A stretch of 50,830 bases of DNA, taken from Candidatus Kerfeldbacteria bacterium. GTDB lineage: Bacteria > Patescibacteriota > Patescibacteriia > UBA9570 > XYC2-FULL-38-9. Location of the stretch: assembly GCA_043813585.1 (NCBI GenBank), contig JBDRKW010000016.1, forward strand, positions 1-50,830, in the 5' to 3' direction. The translations under genes were made by a program, and so were the position numbers. The first letter of the stretch is position 1. Each line of letters begins with the position of its first letter. The notes under the pieces are model-generated. The model saw only the letters and a program-made list of their open reading frames with translations. It was not told the DNA's origin and made no database searches. Shown here piece after piece: positions 18,005-26,935 of this stretch.

Positions 18005-20785
18005 TTAGATTCCTGGCGCCTTTTTTACCTCCATAACACCACCCGGCTTCAGCATAACGATATCCCTGCGGCCCAATTGGCGGGAAAGCATCAGTTTTGA
18101 AAGCGCATCATCAACCGTGTCCTGCAGCACGCGGCGCAGAGGACGGGCGCCGTATTTCGGGTCATAGCCCTTGTCTGCCAGCTCAACCAGCGCATCTGCA
18201 TCCACTTCCATGATAATGCCCTTTTCTTCCAGTAACCGCTGGGCGACTTTCGTCAGCATGCGGTTGGCAATATCCACCACCTCTTCAAATGTCAACGGCT
18301 TGAACACCACCACGTTGTCGAACCGGTTCACGAATTCCGGCTTGAAGAACCGCTGCAGCGTCTCTTCCATCAGCTTGGTCTTGATCTCGTCCGCGCCAAG
18401 TCCGGCCTGCACCATATTCTGGATCTCCTGCGTCCCGGCGTTTGATGTGGCGATAATCATGGTGTTGCTCATATCAAATGTCTGCCCGGTCCCGTCGGTG
18501 ATGCGTCCGTCATCCATAACCGACAGGAAGATGTTTAGCACATCCGGATGCGCTTTCTCCAGCTCGTCCAAAAGCACCAATGCAAACGGCTGCATGCGGA
18601 TGGCGTCGGTCAGCTGGCCCTGCTGGCCCTGCGTCCCGATCAGCCGGCGCATCGACGCCACGTCCTGGTATTCAGACATGTCCAGCCGGATTATCTTATC
18701 CTCGCCGCCAAAATAGATCTCTGCAATTGTTTTTGCGGTTTCGGTTTTACCCACGCCTGTCGGACCGAGGAACAACAAATTTGCAATCGGCCTGTTCGTA
18801 TCCCGCAGCCCTTCGCGCGCGCGGCGCAATGCGGAGGACACGGCATTCACCGCCTCATCCTGGCCGACAATGCGCTCGTGCATAATCTCTTCCAGCCGCA
18901 GCAGCTTGTCGCGCTCGTCTTCTGTAACGGAAGCGACCTGTATGCCGGTCTTTTCCGCAATTAGTTCGGCGATATCATCTTTTGTCACCAGGCTGTTCTC
19001 CCCTTTCCTGGATTGGGTAAACCCGGCAGCCTCGTTCATGATGTCGAGCGCCTTGGCCGGCAGGTAGCGGTCCTGGATAAACTGCGTGGTCAGATCAACA
19101 CAGGCCTCTATTGCCGCGTATGAGAAGAATACTTTATTTTTATACTCCGCAGCCCCGGATTTGGCTTCCAGCACCTGAATAGAACTATTCTTGTCCAGCT
19201 CATCCACTTTAACCATCTGGAACCGGCGGATAAACGTCCCGCGCTGCGCAATGAACTGGTTGTACTCCTGCGTGGTCGTGGTGGCGATCACTTTAACCAA
19301 ACCACGCGATAACGCGTTCATCAGAATACCTGCCACGTCTTCCGACCCGCTTGTGGAACGCATATTCAGCAGGTGGTGCACGTCTTCAATACCCAGAATA
19401 ATATTCCCGGCACGCGCGATCTCATTGATCACCTGCGTCATGCGGCCTTCAACCGTGCCCACGCCTTTTGCGCCCGCGATCAGCTGACCCGGGTCCAGCA
19501 CCACCAGGCGCTTGTCCTGCAGCTCTTTGGGCACCTCTTCCGAAGCCATAAGCTCTGCCAGTCCTTCAAATAATGTTGTCTTGCCCACGCCCGACGGGCC
19601 GACCATCATGATATTCCCGGTGTGCTCGCGGAAAATGCGCAACACCTGGTCCATCTCCTTGTCGCGCCCGATCATCGGGAAAAACCCGCCCATGCGGGCA
19701 ACGTAGGTATAATCCGTGGACATCGATTCCAACAGCGGGGAAGGACGCGCGGTCATGGCGCGGTCCATAATCCCCTTCGGCTTCCGGCCGGCTTTTTTCT
19801 TCCACCGCCGGTACCGTTCGCGCAGCGTGCGCTGGATATGCACCCATTCAATTACGTTGCGCACGGTCTGATCCTCAACCTCCAAATCATAGAAAATTTG
19901 GTTCACCCATTTGTCCTGGTGGATAATCGCCGACATCAGCTCCATCACATCGACTTTCGATCGCTGGTTCTCGCGCGCCTCCTCAAATGCATAAAATAGC
20001 ACACGGTTTGCTTCAAGACCCAGGTCAATACCAGAACCACTCTCAATGCCCTCCATTCCCATTGCGCGACCGAGCTTTTCGTAGATCGGCTTCGGCTGTA
20101 TCCCCATGCGCGTCATAATGACTTTGATCGACGGCGACTCCAACAGAGCGCCCATCAGGTGCAGCGGCGTAATAACGTGATGGTCCAGTTTTTTCGCCAG
20201 CCCGAACGACCGGTCAATCGCTTTAATGCATTCCTGCGTGAAATATTCGGAAATGTCCGTCTTTTGCCGTTTCGGCAGGCGGTCGAACTTTTCCCAGGTC
20301 GGGTTTGCCGGCTTCTTCACCGCTTTCTTGTTGCGCTCTGCCTTTTCGCTGTAGTCGAACAGGCGCTTGGATTCGCGCTCCTGGTCCAGCCGATAGTATA
20401 AAAACAGACCAAGCATCACCGCTGCCCATGCCGCGGCCAGGTAAAGCTGTTGCGTCAAGAAAAAGTCCATAAGTGAACCGCCGTCAACAATGACAAACTG
20501 ATACGCACCCCATAACAGCGCAGCCAGCCCGCCGACCATGGCGGCCATGAGGGCAATATTAAACGAATAGTGGAAAATGGTTCGAGCCGTCCGCTGCCTG
20601 ATTCCGTCAAGCGTTGCAGCAGTGCCCCAGTAAGACACTTCGCCATCAAGCATGGCAAACATGCTCGGGTTGTCGCTGCACGCCTTGCATTTAATGTGTT
20701 TTTTTGTGCCGGTGACCTCATACCCAAAACCTTTGCAGATATCGCAATCAAAGAACTGGAGCCGTGTTTTTTGCGGATCAGGCAT
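18005..20785 (-). CDS. Clp/Hsp100-family double-AAA+ unfoldase with N-terminal zinc ribbon and membrane anchor
   Basis: 926 aa. CDICKG...CKACSD zinc-ribbon-like motif and hydrophobic helices (NIALMAAMVGGLAALLWGAYQFVIV, LYLAAAWAAVMLGLFLYY). Clp_N-like repeats. D1 Walker A GPSGVGKTT. D2 Walker A GPTGVGKTETAK and Walker B LVLLDELEKAH. Confidence 0.85.
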   Translation of the reverse strand: MPDPQKTRLQFFDCDICKGFGYEVTGTKKHIKCKACSDNPSMFAMLDGEVSYWGTAATLDGIRQRTARTIFHYSFNIALMAAMVGGLAALLWGAYQFVIVDGGSLMDFFLTQQLYLAAAWAAVMLGLFLYYRLDQERESKRLFDYSEKAERNKKAVKKPANPTWEKFDRLPKRQKTDISEYFTQECIKAIDRSFGLAKKLDHHVITPLHLMGALLESPSIKVIMTRMGIQPKPIYEKLGRAMGMEGIESGSGIDLGLEANRVLFYAFEEARENQRSKVDVMELMSAIIHQDKWVNQIFYDLEVEDQTVRNVIEWVHIQRTLRERYRRWKKKAGRKPKGIMDRAMTARPSPLLESMSTDYTYVARMGGFFPMIGRDKEMDQVLRIFREHTGNIMMVGPSGVGKTTLFEGLAELMASEEVPKELQDKRLVVLDPGQLIAGAKGVGTVEGRMTQVINEIARAGNIILGIEDVHHLLNMRSTSGSEDVAGILMNALSRGLVKVIATTTTQEYNQFIAQRGTFIRRFQMVKVDELDKNSSIQVLEAKSGAAEYKNKVFFSYAAIEACVDLTTQFIQDRYLPAKALDIMNEAAGFTQSRKGENSLVTKDDIAELIAEKTGIQVASVTEDERDKLLRLEEIMHERIVGQDEAVNAVSSALRRAREGLRDTNRPIANLLFLGPTGVGKTETAKTIAEIYFGGEDKIIRLDMSEYQDVASMRRLIGTQGQQGQLTDAIRMQPFALVLLDELEKAHPDVLNIFLSVMDDGRITDGTGQTFDMSNTMIIATSNAGTQEIQNMVQAGLGADEIKTKLMEETLQRFFKPEFVNRFDNVVVFKPLTFEEVVDIANRMLTKVAQRLLEEKGIIMEVDADALVELADKGYDPKYGARPLRRVLQDTVDDALSKLMLSRQLGRRDIVMLKPGGVMEVKKAPGI

Positions 20786-21155
20786 AATACGGAACTGGGA
20801 CGCCTAAATGATAAAGCAAGTTGTACAGAAGGAACGGCGGCAAGAGCAGCCAAACGACCAATAAAAGCAACAAGAGCAGGGTAACGACAATCGTGAATAT
20901 CAACAGGAAAAGGAAGTGAAAAATGCGAACGAAAAAGCTGATGATGCGGCCCGCAATGTCGCTCTGGCCGAACATCGGCTTAAAAAGGAATTGGGCTAAT
21001 ACTTTCAGGTTCAATGATTGTCCGAGTGATGCTACTTCGCGCCGGATCAACCGCAGCACCTTCATTACGCCGGTCGTATACCACCAGACGGGAAAATACA
21101 ACACGCTCAACGTGAAGTCGACCACCACGAATCGAATTGTCTCCCAGATAATCAC
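20778..21155 (-). CDS. small hydrophobic membrane protein, co-transcribed with the Clp-like gene
   Basis: 125 aa, GTG start. Three or four predicted TM helices (FHFLFLLIFTIVVTLLLLLLLVVWLLLPPF). Overlaps the Clp-like start by 8 nt. Confidence 0.55.
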   Translation of the reverse strand: MIIWETIRFVVVDFTLSVLYFPVWWYTTGVMKVLRLIRREVASLGQSLNLKVLAQFLFKPMFGQSDIAGRIISFFVRIFHFLFLLIFTIVVTLLLLLLLVVWLLLPPFLLYNLLYHLGVPVPYYA

Positions 21156-21184
21156 TGGTGTGTCTTTGTTTTACTTGCGCGCTG

Positions 21185-21193
21185 ATTATACCA
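21185..21193 (-). promoter_or_regulatory. extended -10 promoter (TGgTATAAT) for the small-membrane/Clp-like operon
   Basis: Minus strand TGGTATAAT about 30 nt upstream of the GTG at 21155. No good -35, as is usual for extended -10 promoters. Confidence 0.4.
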
Positions 21194-21247
21194 TTTTTCC
21201 GCAAACAAAAAAAGTGCGTCAGACACACTCATTCTACCGTAACGCCG

Positions 21248-21673
21248 TTAACCGGAATAGAGCTCCGTAATATACGTTTTTAGCGATGGATACGAGATAA
21301 GACTCATCGCTTCTTCTGGAGATTTCCACTCCCCTTTATCGACTTCGTCATCGTGCATGTCATGCCCCTCTCCGATCATCTTCATCTCGTAAAAATGAAC
21401 GGCCACGTTTTCGCCGCCGGGTGTTTGGTAGAAATACGGCGGCAACGGGCGTTCAACCGAACAGTGCATGCCGGTTTCTTCCGCAACTTCGCGCAACGCG
21501 GCCTGGAGCGGCGTTTCCCCTTCGTCAATATGGCCTTTCGGCACGGACCAGTCGTCGTACCGCGGCCGGTGGATCAAATACAATTCAACTGCACCGCTGT
21601 CATTCGTGCGCACAATAATACCGCCTGCTTTTTCGGTCACGTCTTGTTCCAGGATTTCTCCTTCTTTTGCCAT
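21248..21673 (-). CDS. NUDIX hydrolase
   Basis: 141 aa. Nudix box GHIDEGETPLQAALREVAEETGM. Confidence 0.85.
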   Translation of the reverse strand: MAKEGEILEQDVTEKAGGIIVRTNDSGAVELYLIHRPRYDDWSVPKGHIDEGETPLQAALREVAEETGMHCSVERPLPPYFYQTPGGENVAVHFYEMKMIGEGHDMHDDEVDKGEWKSPEEAMSLISYPSLKTYITELYSG

Positions 21674-21684
21674 GCTATTGCAGC

Positions 21685-22827
21685 TTATTCCTTTTTTGCT
21701 GTCTTCTGAATAATATCAAAAGTCTTGCGTGCTGTCGTCTCCCAGCTGAATCGGCGGATATTCTCGCTTCCTTTTGCGATCAGCGCTTCGCGTAGCTGTC
21801 CGTTCGTCAGCAGATGGTCAATCCCGCGCGACAATGAACGAGCATCTAAAACATCAGCGTACAATGCACTATCTTCCAATACTTCCGGCAACGATGAATG
21901 CGCGCCCACGAGCACCGGAATGTCATACGACTGCGCTTCAAGCGGCGGAAACCCAAACCCTTCATACAATGAAGGATACACAAATACAGAAGCGGACTGG
22001 ATCAGCCGAACCTTTGTTTTTTGGTCCACATACCCGTAATGGCGAATGCGCGGGTCAAGCGCAATCCGTTTAATCAGCGGCTCTGACTTCCACCCTTCTG
22101 CTCCTACGATCACCAGGTGCAGCTTCGGGTGCTTTTTCTTTAACATTGAAAATGCCTGCAGCAGCGTGTCGATATTCTTGCGCGGCTCAACAGTGGATAA
22201 TGACAAGACATACTGATCCGGCAGATCGAGTGTTGCGCCCTTTTCACCATTCGCGTCATATATCGGCAGACCCGGGTAGACCGTGGTAACGCGGCTGGGC
22301 TGCACATGATAGAGCGTTTCAATATCCTGGCGCGTATGCTCCGACACGGCGATGATCGAATCTGCCCGGTGCGCAAACCGCCTCGTCTGCAGCAGCCGGT
22401 GCCACCAGCGCCCTTTTAGGCTCAGGCATTCAGGATAGCGCTCAAATGAAAGGTCGTGAATGGTAACCACCATTGGAACAGAACGGTCGCGCAGAGGAAA
22501 AAACTGCATGCTCGGAACGAAGACGATGTCCACGTTCCCGAACATCCACTTCATGCCCGGACGCGATGAAATAATCTCCAGGCCGGTAATCAGCTTTTCA
22601 GGCACGGTTTTGATATTCCAGGTGATGTTATTGCCGGTCAGGCCTTTCTGCAGCTTGGCAAACGCATCCGCATCGTCTTTCAACGCACGTTCGTTCGCAA
22701 AAAAAACAAACTCATGCTCTTTCGCTTCTTCAAGCGCCAGCATTGCCTTGAGCAATTCGCGCGTATACACAGAAACCCCGGACGGCTGGGGCTCCTGAAG
22801 TGAGCGGCAATCGACTCCGATGCGCAT
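21685..22827 (-). CDS. glycosyltransferase family 4 (GT-B, retaining)
   Basis: 380 aa. C-terminal EX7E region YPSLYEGFGFPPLEAQSYDIPVL. Confidence 0.85.
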   Translation of the reverse strand: MRIGVDCRSLQEPQPSGVSVYTRELLKAMLALEEAKEHEFVFFANERALKDDADAFAKLQKGLTGNNITWNIKTVPEKLITGLEIISSRPGMKWMFGNVDIVFVPSMQFFPLRDRSVPMVVTIHDLSFERYPECLSLKGRWWHRLLQTRRFAHRADSIIAVSEHTRQDIETLYHVQPSRVTTVYPGLPIYDANGEKGATLDLPDQYVLSLSTVEPRKNIDTLLQAFSMLKKKHPKLHLVIVGAEGWKSEPLIKRIALDPRIRHYGYVDQKTKVRLIQSASVFVYPSLYEGFGFPPLEAQSYDIPVLVGAHSSLPEVLEDSALYADVLDARSLSRGIDHLLTNGQLREALIAKGSENIRRFSWETTARKTFDIIQKTAKKE

Positions 22828-22838
22828 GGAACGGCCTG

Positions 22839-23447
22839 TTACGGCTGGCGAAAGTATTCGCGCAAATAAACAAGAATCACGGAAAGGATCAGTCCGGAGA
22901 CGGCACCTATGACTGTCACAAGCCAGATATTGTATTCGGCGGGAGCAACCGCCGGTTCTTCCGCACGAAGGGTAAACATCGCCTCGTTATTAAGGGTTGA
23001 AGCCTGCCGTGAACGCTGTTTCACCACTGTACTCACCGCATCACCCAGCGTGTAGGCCGTATCGGCGTTTCCGTCATAGAATTCCACCACAAAGTGCTGG
23101 GCAGAATATTGCTTGGCCAGGAACCGCCCGGTGAATTTGGAAATGGTCTCGATTTCATACTCCTGCTTGGCCTGATCATAAATGTCCGCCACCATACCGG
23201 GCGTCTTAAACAAGCTGATCAGGTGCTGGGTGAAAATCTCTGCGGCTTTAAGCTCGTAATACTCGCCGTACTGGTAATCCAGGGTCACCGGCCGGTTGAC
23301 GTAATTAACTTCAAACGATACCACCGCCTTGTACCGCTCCGGCTGGGTGACGGCGTAGACAAATGCCGCAATCGTCACCAAAACGGTAAAAACAAGGATA
23401 AACCACTTTGTGTTATTGAGGATTCGTGCGTGCGTCTTTAGTTCCAT
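22839..23447 (-). CDS. Wzz-like polysaccharide chain-length determinant / co-polymerase-type protein
   Basis: 202 aa with N- and C-terminal TM helices (WFILVFTVLVTIAAFVYA; WLVTVIGAVSGLILSVILVYL) bracketing a soluble domain. N-terminal Wzz-like segment PERYKAVVSFEV. Confidence 0.6.
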   Translation of the reverse strand: MELKTHARILNNTKWFILVFTVLVTIAAFVYAVTQPERYKAVVSFEVNYVNRPVTLDYQYGEYYELKAAEIFTQHLISLFKTPGMVADIYDQAKQEYEIETISKFTGRFLAKQYSAQHFVVEFYDGNADTAYTLGDAVSTVVKQRSRQASTLNNEAMFTLRAEEPAVAPAEYNIWLVTVIGAVSGLILSVILVYLREYFRQP

Positions 23448-23449
23448 AG

Positions 23450-24562
23450 TTAAATCTTATGCTGTTGAAATTCCTGCCACTTCGTTTCCACGAAGTCGCG
23501 TATATTAGTTTTAAATTGGCCGACGTTAAAGGTCAGTGCTTTCTCGCGGATAGTTTGCGGGTCATAGGCGTTTTTGTCAAAACCGATGATCGCGTCCGCA
23601 AAATCTTCCCAGGTCTGATAGTTGATCAGAATGCCCGTGACGCCGTCATCGACAATCTCGGTTGCCCCGCCTTTCCCATATGCTACCACCGGCCGGCCGG
23701 CTGCCATCGCTTCTATCATGGTAATGCCAAAATCTTCGTGCTGCGGGTTTAAGAATGCGGCGCATTCCGCGAACAGCTGCTTCAGCCGGTCGTCCGGAAC
23801 GCGGCCGAGAAATTCGATATTTCCGCGCGCGCGCTTCTTTAAATCTGGGAGCGCCGGGCCGTCGCCAAACACTTTCAGCGGTTTCCCGAGCTGGTTGAAC
23901 GCGTCTACAAGCAGGTCAAACCGTTTGTACGGCACCAGCCGCCCGCCCGCGAGGAAATAATCCTTCACATCGCCTGCATCAGCAACATAAAAATCGTTCA
24001 GGTCCACCGGCGGATAGATAAGGTCGCTGTCGCGGTCGTAATAATTCTTGATGCGGTGCTGCACCTCGCGCGAGTTCGCGATATAGTAGTCGGTGCGTTC
24101 AGCAGCCGTGCGGTCCCATAGGCGGATCCTGGACAGCATCACCGGCAGCGCTTTCTTCAGTACCTTCGGCACGCCCAGTTCTTCAATATACGAATGCGTA
24201 TCGCTCCACAGGAACCGGGTCGGCGTATGGCAGTAGGTAATATGCAGCGTATCCGGATTTGTCAGCACGCCTTTCGCAAATGAAGACGAACTGACCAGCA
24301 CGATGTCGTACTCCGTCAGGTCAAAGCTCTCCACCGCAGACGGCATAAGCGTAAAATACCACTGGTACTTGCGCACGCCCAATGGCATCTTTTGGATAAA
24401 CGACGTCTTGATCTTTCGCGACTTAAAAAAATCGTTGGCCTGTTCCGGGTCATGAACAACAACGTGAATCGGTGCTTCCGGCCAGATTTCACTGAATGCG
24501 CGGAGAACATTCTCCGCTCCCCCGTCCTGTGCAAGATGGTCGTGGACAAGTGCGATTTTCAT
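23450..24562 (-). CDS. glycosyltransferase family 4
   Basis: 370 aa. MKIALVHDHLAQDGGAENV N-terminus and NPQHEDFGITMIEAMAAGRPVVA motif. Confidence 0.85.
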   Translation of the reverse strand: MKIALVHDHLAQDGGAENVLRAFSEIWPEAPIHVVVHDPEQANDFFKSRKIKTSFIQKMPLGVRKYQWYFTLMPSAVESFDLTEYDIVLVSSSSFAKGVLTNPDTLHITYCHTPTRFLWSDTHSYIEELGVPKVLKKALPVMLSRIRLWDRTAAERTDYYIANSREVQHRIKNYYDRDSDLIYPPVDLNDFYVADAGDVKDYFLAGGRLVPYKRFDLLVDAFNQLGKPLKVFGDGPALPDLKKRARGNIEFLGRVPDDRLKQLFAECAAFLNPQHEDFGITMIEAMAAGRPVVAYGKGGATEIVDDGVTGILINYQTWEDFADAIIGFDKNAYDPQTIREKALTFNVGQFKTNIRDFVETKWQEFQQHKI

Positions 24563-24565
24563 GCG

Positions 24566-25984
24566 TTACAGCGCTTTGCGTTTCTTAAAAAGGATTAAGG
24601 GGGTTTTCAGCAGAATGATGATGTCGAGCCACAATGACCAGTTTTCAACGTAAAATGTATCCAGGCGCACTTCATCGGCAAACTCCAGGTCGGAACGGCC
24701 GGACACCTGCGACATGCCTGTCATGCCCGGCTTGATGCGGAGCGCGCCCTTCTGGTGCTTGTTGTACTGCGCAACCTCTTCCGGAAGATGCGGACGCGGG
24801 CCGACAAGGCTCATGTCGCCTTTCAATACCAGGAACAGCTCCGGCAGTTCGTCAATGGAATATTTGCGAAGGACTTTCCCGATTCGCGTCACGCGCGGGT
24901 CATCCACAATTTTCACCAGAGGCGACCCTTTGCGGATGTTCTGATCCTGCATGGATTCTTCATAGCGCAGCGAGTCGGTCTTTGGCTTCATGGTGCGCAG
25001 CTTAAAGTAGAAAAACGGCTTGCCGTGCTGGCCGATGCGCTTCACCTTTGTTCCATCGTCTTTGCGTGAAAAGAAAATCGGGAAACCGGAATCGAGCACA
25101 ACCACAATCATTGCTGCTACGATGAGCGGCGATAAAACTATGATAAATATTGTCGAACCGATAATATCGAAAATACGCTTGAGGATGCGGCCCCAGCCGT
25201 CCAGGCGCGTCTGCTTCAGTTCAACAATCGGGATGCCGCCGATCGGGCGGATGGCGATATTCGACAGCTGCGTGTCGAGCAGCGCGGCCGCGTATTTATA
25301 GGTAATATGATGTTCGTCGCAGAATTCGAAAATAACTTTGCTCTCGGCGCGGGAGATATTCGGGTCGGTCTGGATGATTTCGTCCACCAGGTCCTTCTCA
25401 ATAAGTTCTTCTGTCTTTTTGCGCGCTTCTTCGTTGAAGTCCGCGAATTGAAGCCGGACATGGAAGCCGAGCGCTTTGTTGTTCGACAGTTCGTTGGCGA
25501 CCAGTTTGGTCACATGGTTCTCGCCGATCAATACTGTATTGATGACGCCGATGCCTTTCTTGAACAGCGACCGTTCAATATATAAAACAATAAGCCGTGC
25601 GGCCGACACATAGAAAACCGCGATGGCAAACGCCACCAGGATAATGAAGCGCGAAGAAAACAGGTCGCGGTTGAAAAAGAATAATACGATGATGAGGAGC
25701 ACGCCTGTGGAACAGGCCAGGAAGATCTTTCGCACCTCTTCAACGATGCGTCGCGTGCCGCGTATGTTGTACAGACCGCTGAGAGCAAAAATTCCCACCC
25801 ACGCGACTGCTGTAATGAGCACGACGGCAAAGTAGCTGTTGAACGGAATTTCGTATGTTACCTCGACCCAGTCAACAACCGTCGTGTTGAAACGCAAAAA
25901 ATACGCAGAAAGACCTGCGGCTGCGAGCATGATGTAGTCGATCGGCAGCAGGATTGCGCCGAAGATGAGTTCTGATCTCTTCAT
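24566..25984 (-). CDS. polyprenyl-phosphate sugar-phosphotransferase (WbaP/EpsL-type priming transferase)
   Basis: The track ORF extends to a GTG at 26134, but that extension covers the 3' part of RNase P RNA. The ATG at 25984 gives MKRSELIFGAILLPIDYIM. TM helices, then the bacterial sugar transferase domain (SIDELPELFLVLKGDMSLVGPRP). Confidence 0.85.
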   Translation of the reverse strand: MKRSELIFGAILLPIDYIMLAAAGLSAYFLRFNTTVVDWVEVTYEIPFNSYFAVVLITAVAWVGIFALSGLYNIRGTRRIVEEVRKIFLACSTGVLLIIVLFFFNRDLFSSRFIILVAFAIAVFYVSAARLIVLYIERSLFKKGIGVINTVLIGENHVTKLVANELSNNKALGFHVRLQFADFNEEARKKTEELIEKDLVDEIIQTDPNISRAESKVIFEFCDEHHITYKYAAALLDTQLSNIAIRPIGGIPIVELKQTRLDGWGRILKRIFDIIGSTIFIIVLSPLIVAAMIVVVLDSGFPIFFSRKDDGTKVKRIGQHGKPFFYFKLRTMKPKTDSLRYEESMQDQNIRKGSPLVKIVDDPRVTRIGKVLRKYSIDELPELFLVLKGDMSLVGPRPHLPEEVAQYNKHQKGALRIKPGMTGMSQVSGRSDLEFADEVRLDTFYVENWSLWLDIIILLKTPLILFKKRKAL

Positions 25985-26028
25985 TCGTAATAATTCAAAT
26001 GCTCTTTTGTGAGCTGTATTGGCGGAAA

Positions 26029-26448
26029 CACTCCGGTAAGCCGACTTCTGTCGCTGCGGTAAACCGCAACGGATAGCTATCTGTCTGGGATGTACGTTGC
26101 CGCACTTCTCAAGCCCCTTAAAACCGGGTTGCACCAGGCAGGGTTTGCCATCACTCCCCGCTCACGCGGGGTGAAGGCATGTCGCATGCAGGCCGGACGC
26201 GCCGAAGCGCACCAGGCGGCTGCACACACCACACCTCTTTTCACCTTTCACCTGCAGAATTGCAGGCTAGTATTGTCTCTGTGGCACTTTCCCTCGATTT
26301 ATAAAGCACACGCGATAGATCCGATCGTACATGCTCATTTATATCCGGGTTGCTGTTAGCAACTGCCTATGGTTGGCCGAAACCAACCGGTGGTCGGACT
26401 TTCCTCCCCGACATGCGTAAAACGCAGCCGAGGCAGCTATCTGGAGTA
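26029..26448 (-). ncRNA. rnpB: RNase P RNA, bacterial type A
   Basis: Minus-strand sequence contains the universal elements GGAGGAAAGUCCG (P4 5' strand), CCAUAGGCAG, AGUGCCACAGAGAC, GGUGAAAGGUGAAAAG, GCUUGAGAAG and CGACAGAAGUCGGCUUACCGG (P4 3' strand). P1 is ACUCC/GGAGU and P2 is GAUAGCU/AGCUAUC. The ends are uncertain by a few nt. Confidence 0.9.
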
Positions 26449-26503
26449 TTTCATTGTCAAACAGCCCACAAAACAACACCTGAAATTCAGTGGACACGCG
26501 CGA

Positions 26504-26532
26504 ATGATAGGATATTTTATGCGTTTTGTCAA
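26504..26532 (-). promoter_or_regulatory. candidate promoter upstream of RNase P RNA
   Basis: Minus strand TTGACA (26532..26527), 17 nt spacer, TATCAT (26509..26504), directly after the rnhA stop. It would give a precursor leader of about 50 nt ahead of the predicted mature 5' end. Confidence 0.45.
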
Positions 26533-26533
26533 G

Positions 26534-26935
26534 TTATTTGTGATCGTCCATCGCCTTATTGGCGAGTGCGTCTGCGACTGTATTCTTCTCGCGGCGTATA
26601 TGCGTGAAACTGACTTTGCCGATTTGTACTGTAAGGTTGTGGATCTTCAGGTACCACGGCGCAAGGTCGGGATCTTTTACTTTATACTCGCCGTTGAGCT
26701 GTTTAACGACCAGTTCACTATCCAAATAGCAGTCGCATTCGGTAGCGCCGAGACTTTCAGCCCGCGTCAGCGCCTTCACGAGCGCCTGGTACTCGGCCTG
26801 GTTGTTTGTGGTCTTGCCGATATACTCCGACAGCTCGTCCACGACCTTGTCTTTCGTGTCGTAGAGCACTGCCCCGATGCCGGCCGGACCGGGGTTGCCG
26901 CGCGCGCCGCCGTCCGTGTAAATTCGCAGTTTCAT
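26534..26935 (-). CDS. rnhA: ribonuclease HI (RNase H type 1)
   Basis: 133 aa. YTDGGARGNPGPAG, NNQAEYQAL, DSELVVKQ, REKNTVADALAN carry the DEDD catalytic pattern. ATGA overlap with the recJ stop. Confidence 0.85.
   Translation of the reverse strand: MKLRIYTDGGARGNPGPAGIGAVLYDTKDKVVDELSEYIGKTTNNQAEYQALVKALTRAESLGATECDCYLDSELVVKQLNGEYKVKDPDLAPWYLKIHNLTVQIGKVSFTHIRREKNTVADALANKAMDDHK

Noticed and set aside
25985-26134. 5' extension of the sugar-transferase ORF (track 24566..26134, GTG start)
   Set aside because: The extension (MQPGFKGLEKCGNVHPRQIAIRCGLPQRQKS...) lies on the conserved 3' region of RNase P RNA (P4 strand ACAGAAGUCGGCUUACCGG). The ATG at 25984 gives a normal hydrophobic N-terminus.
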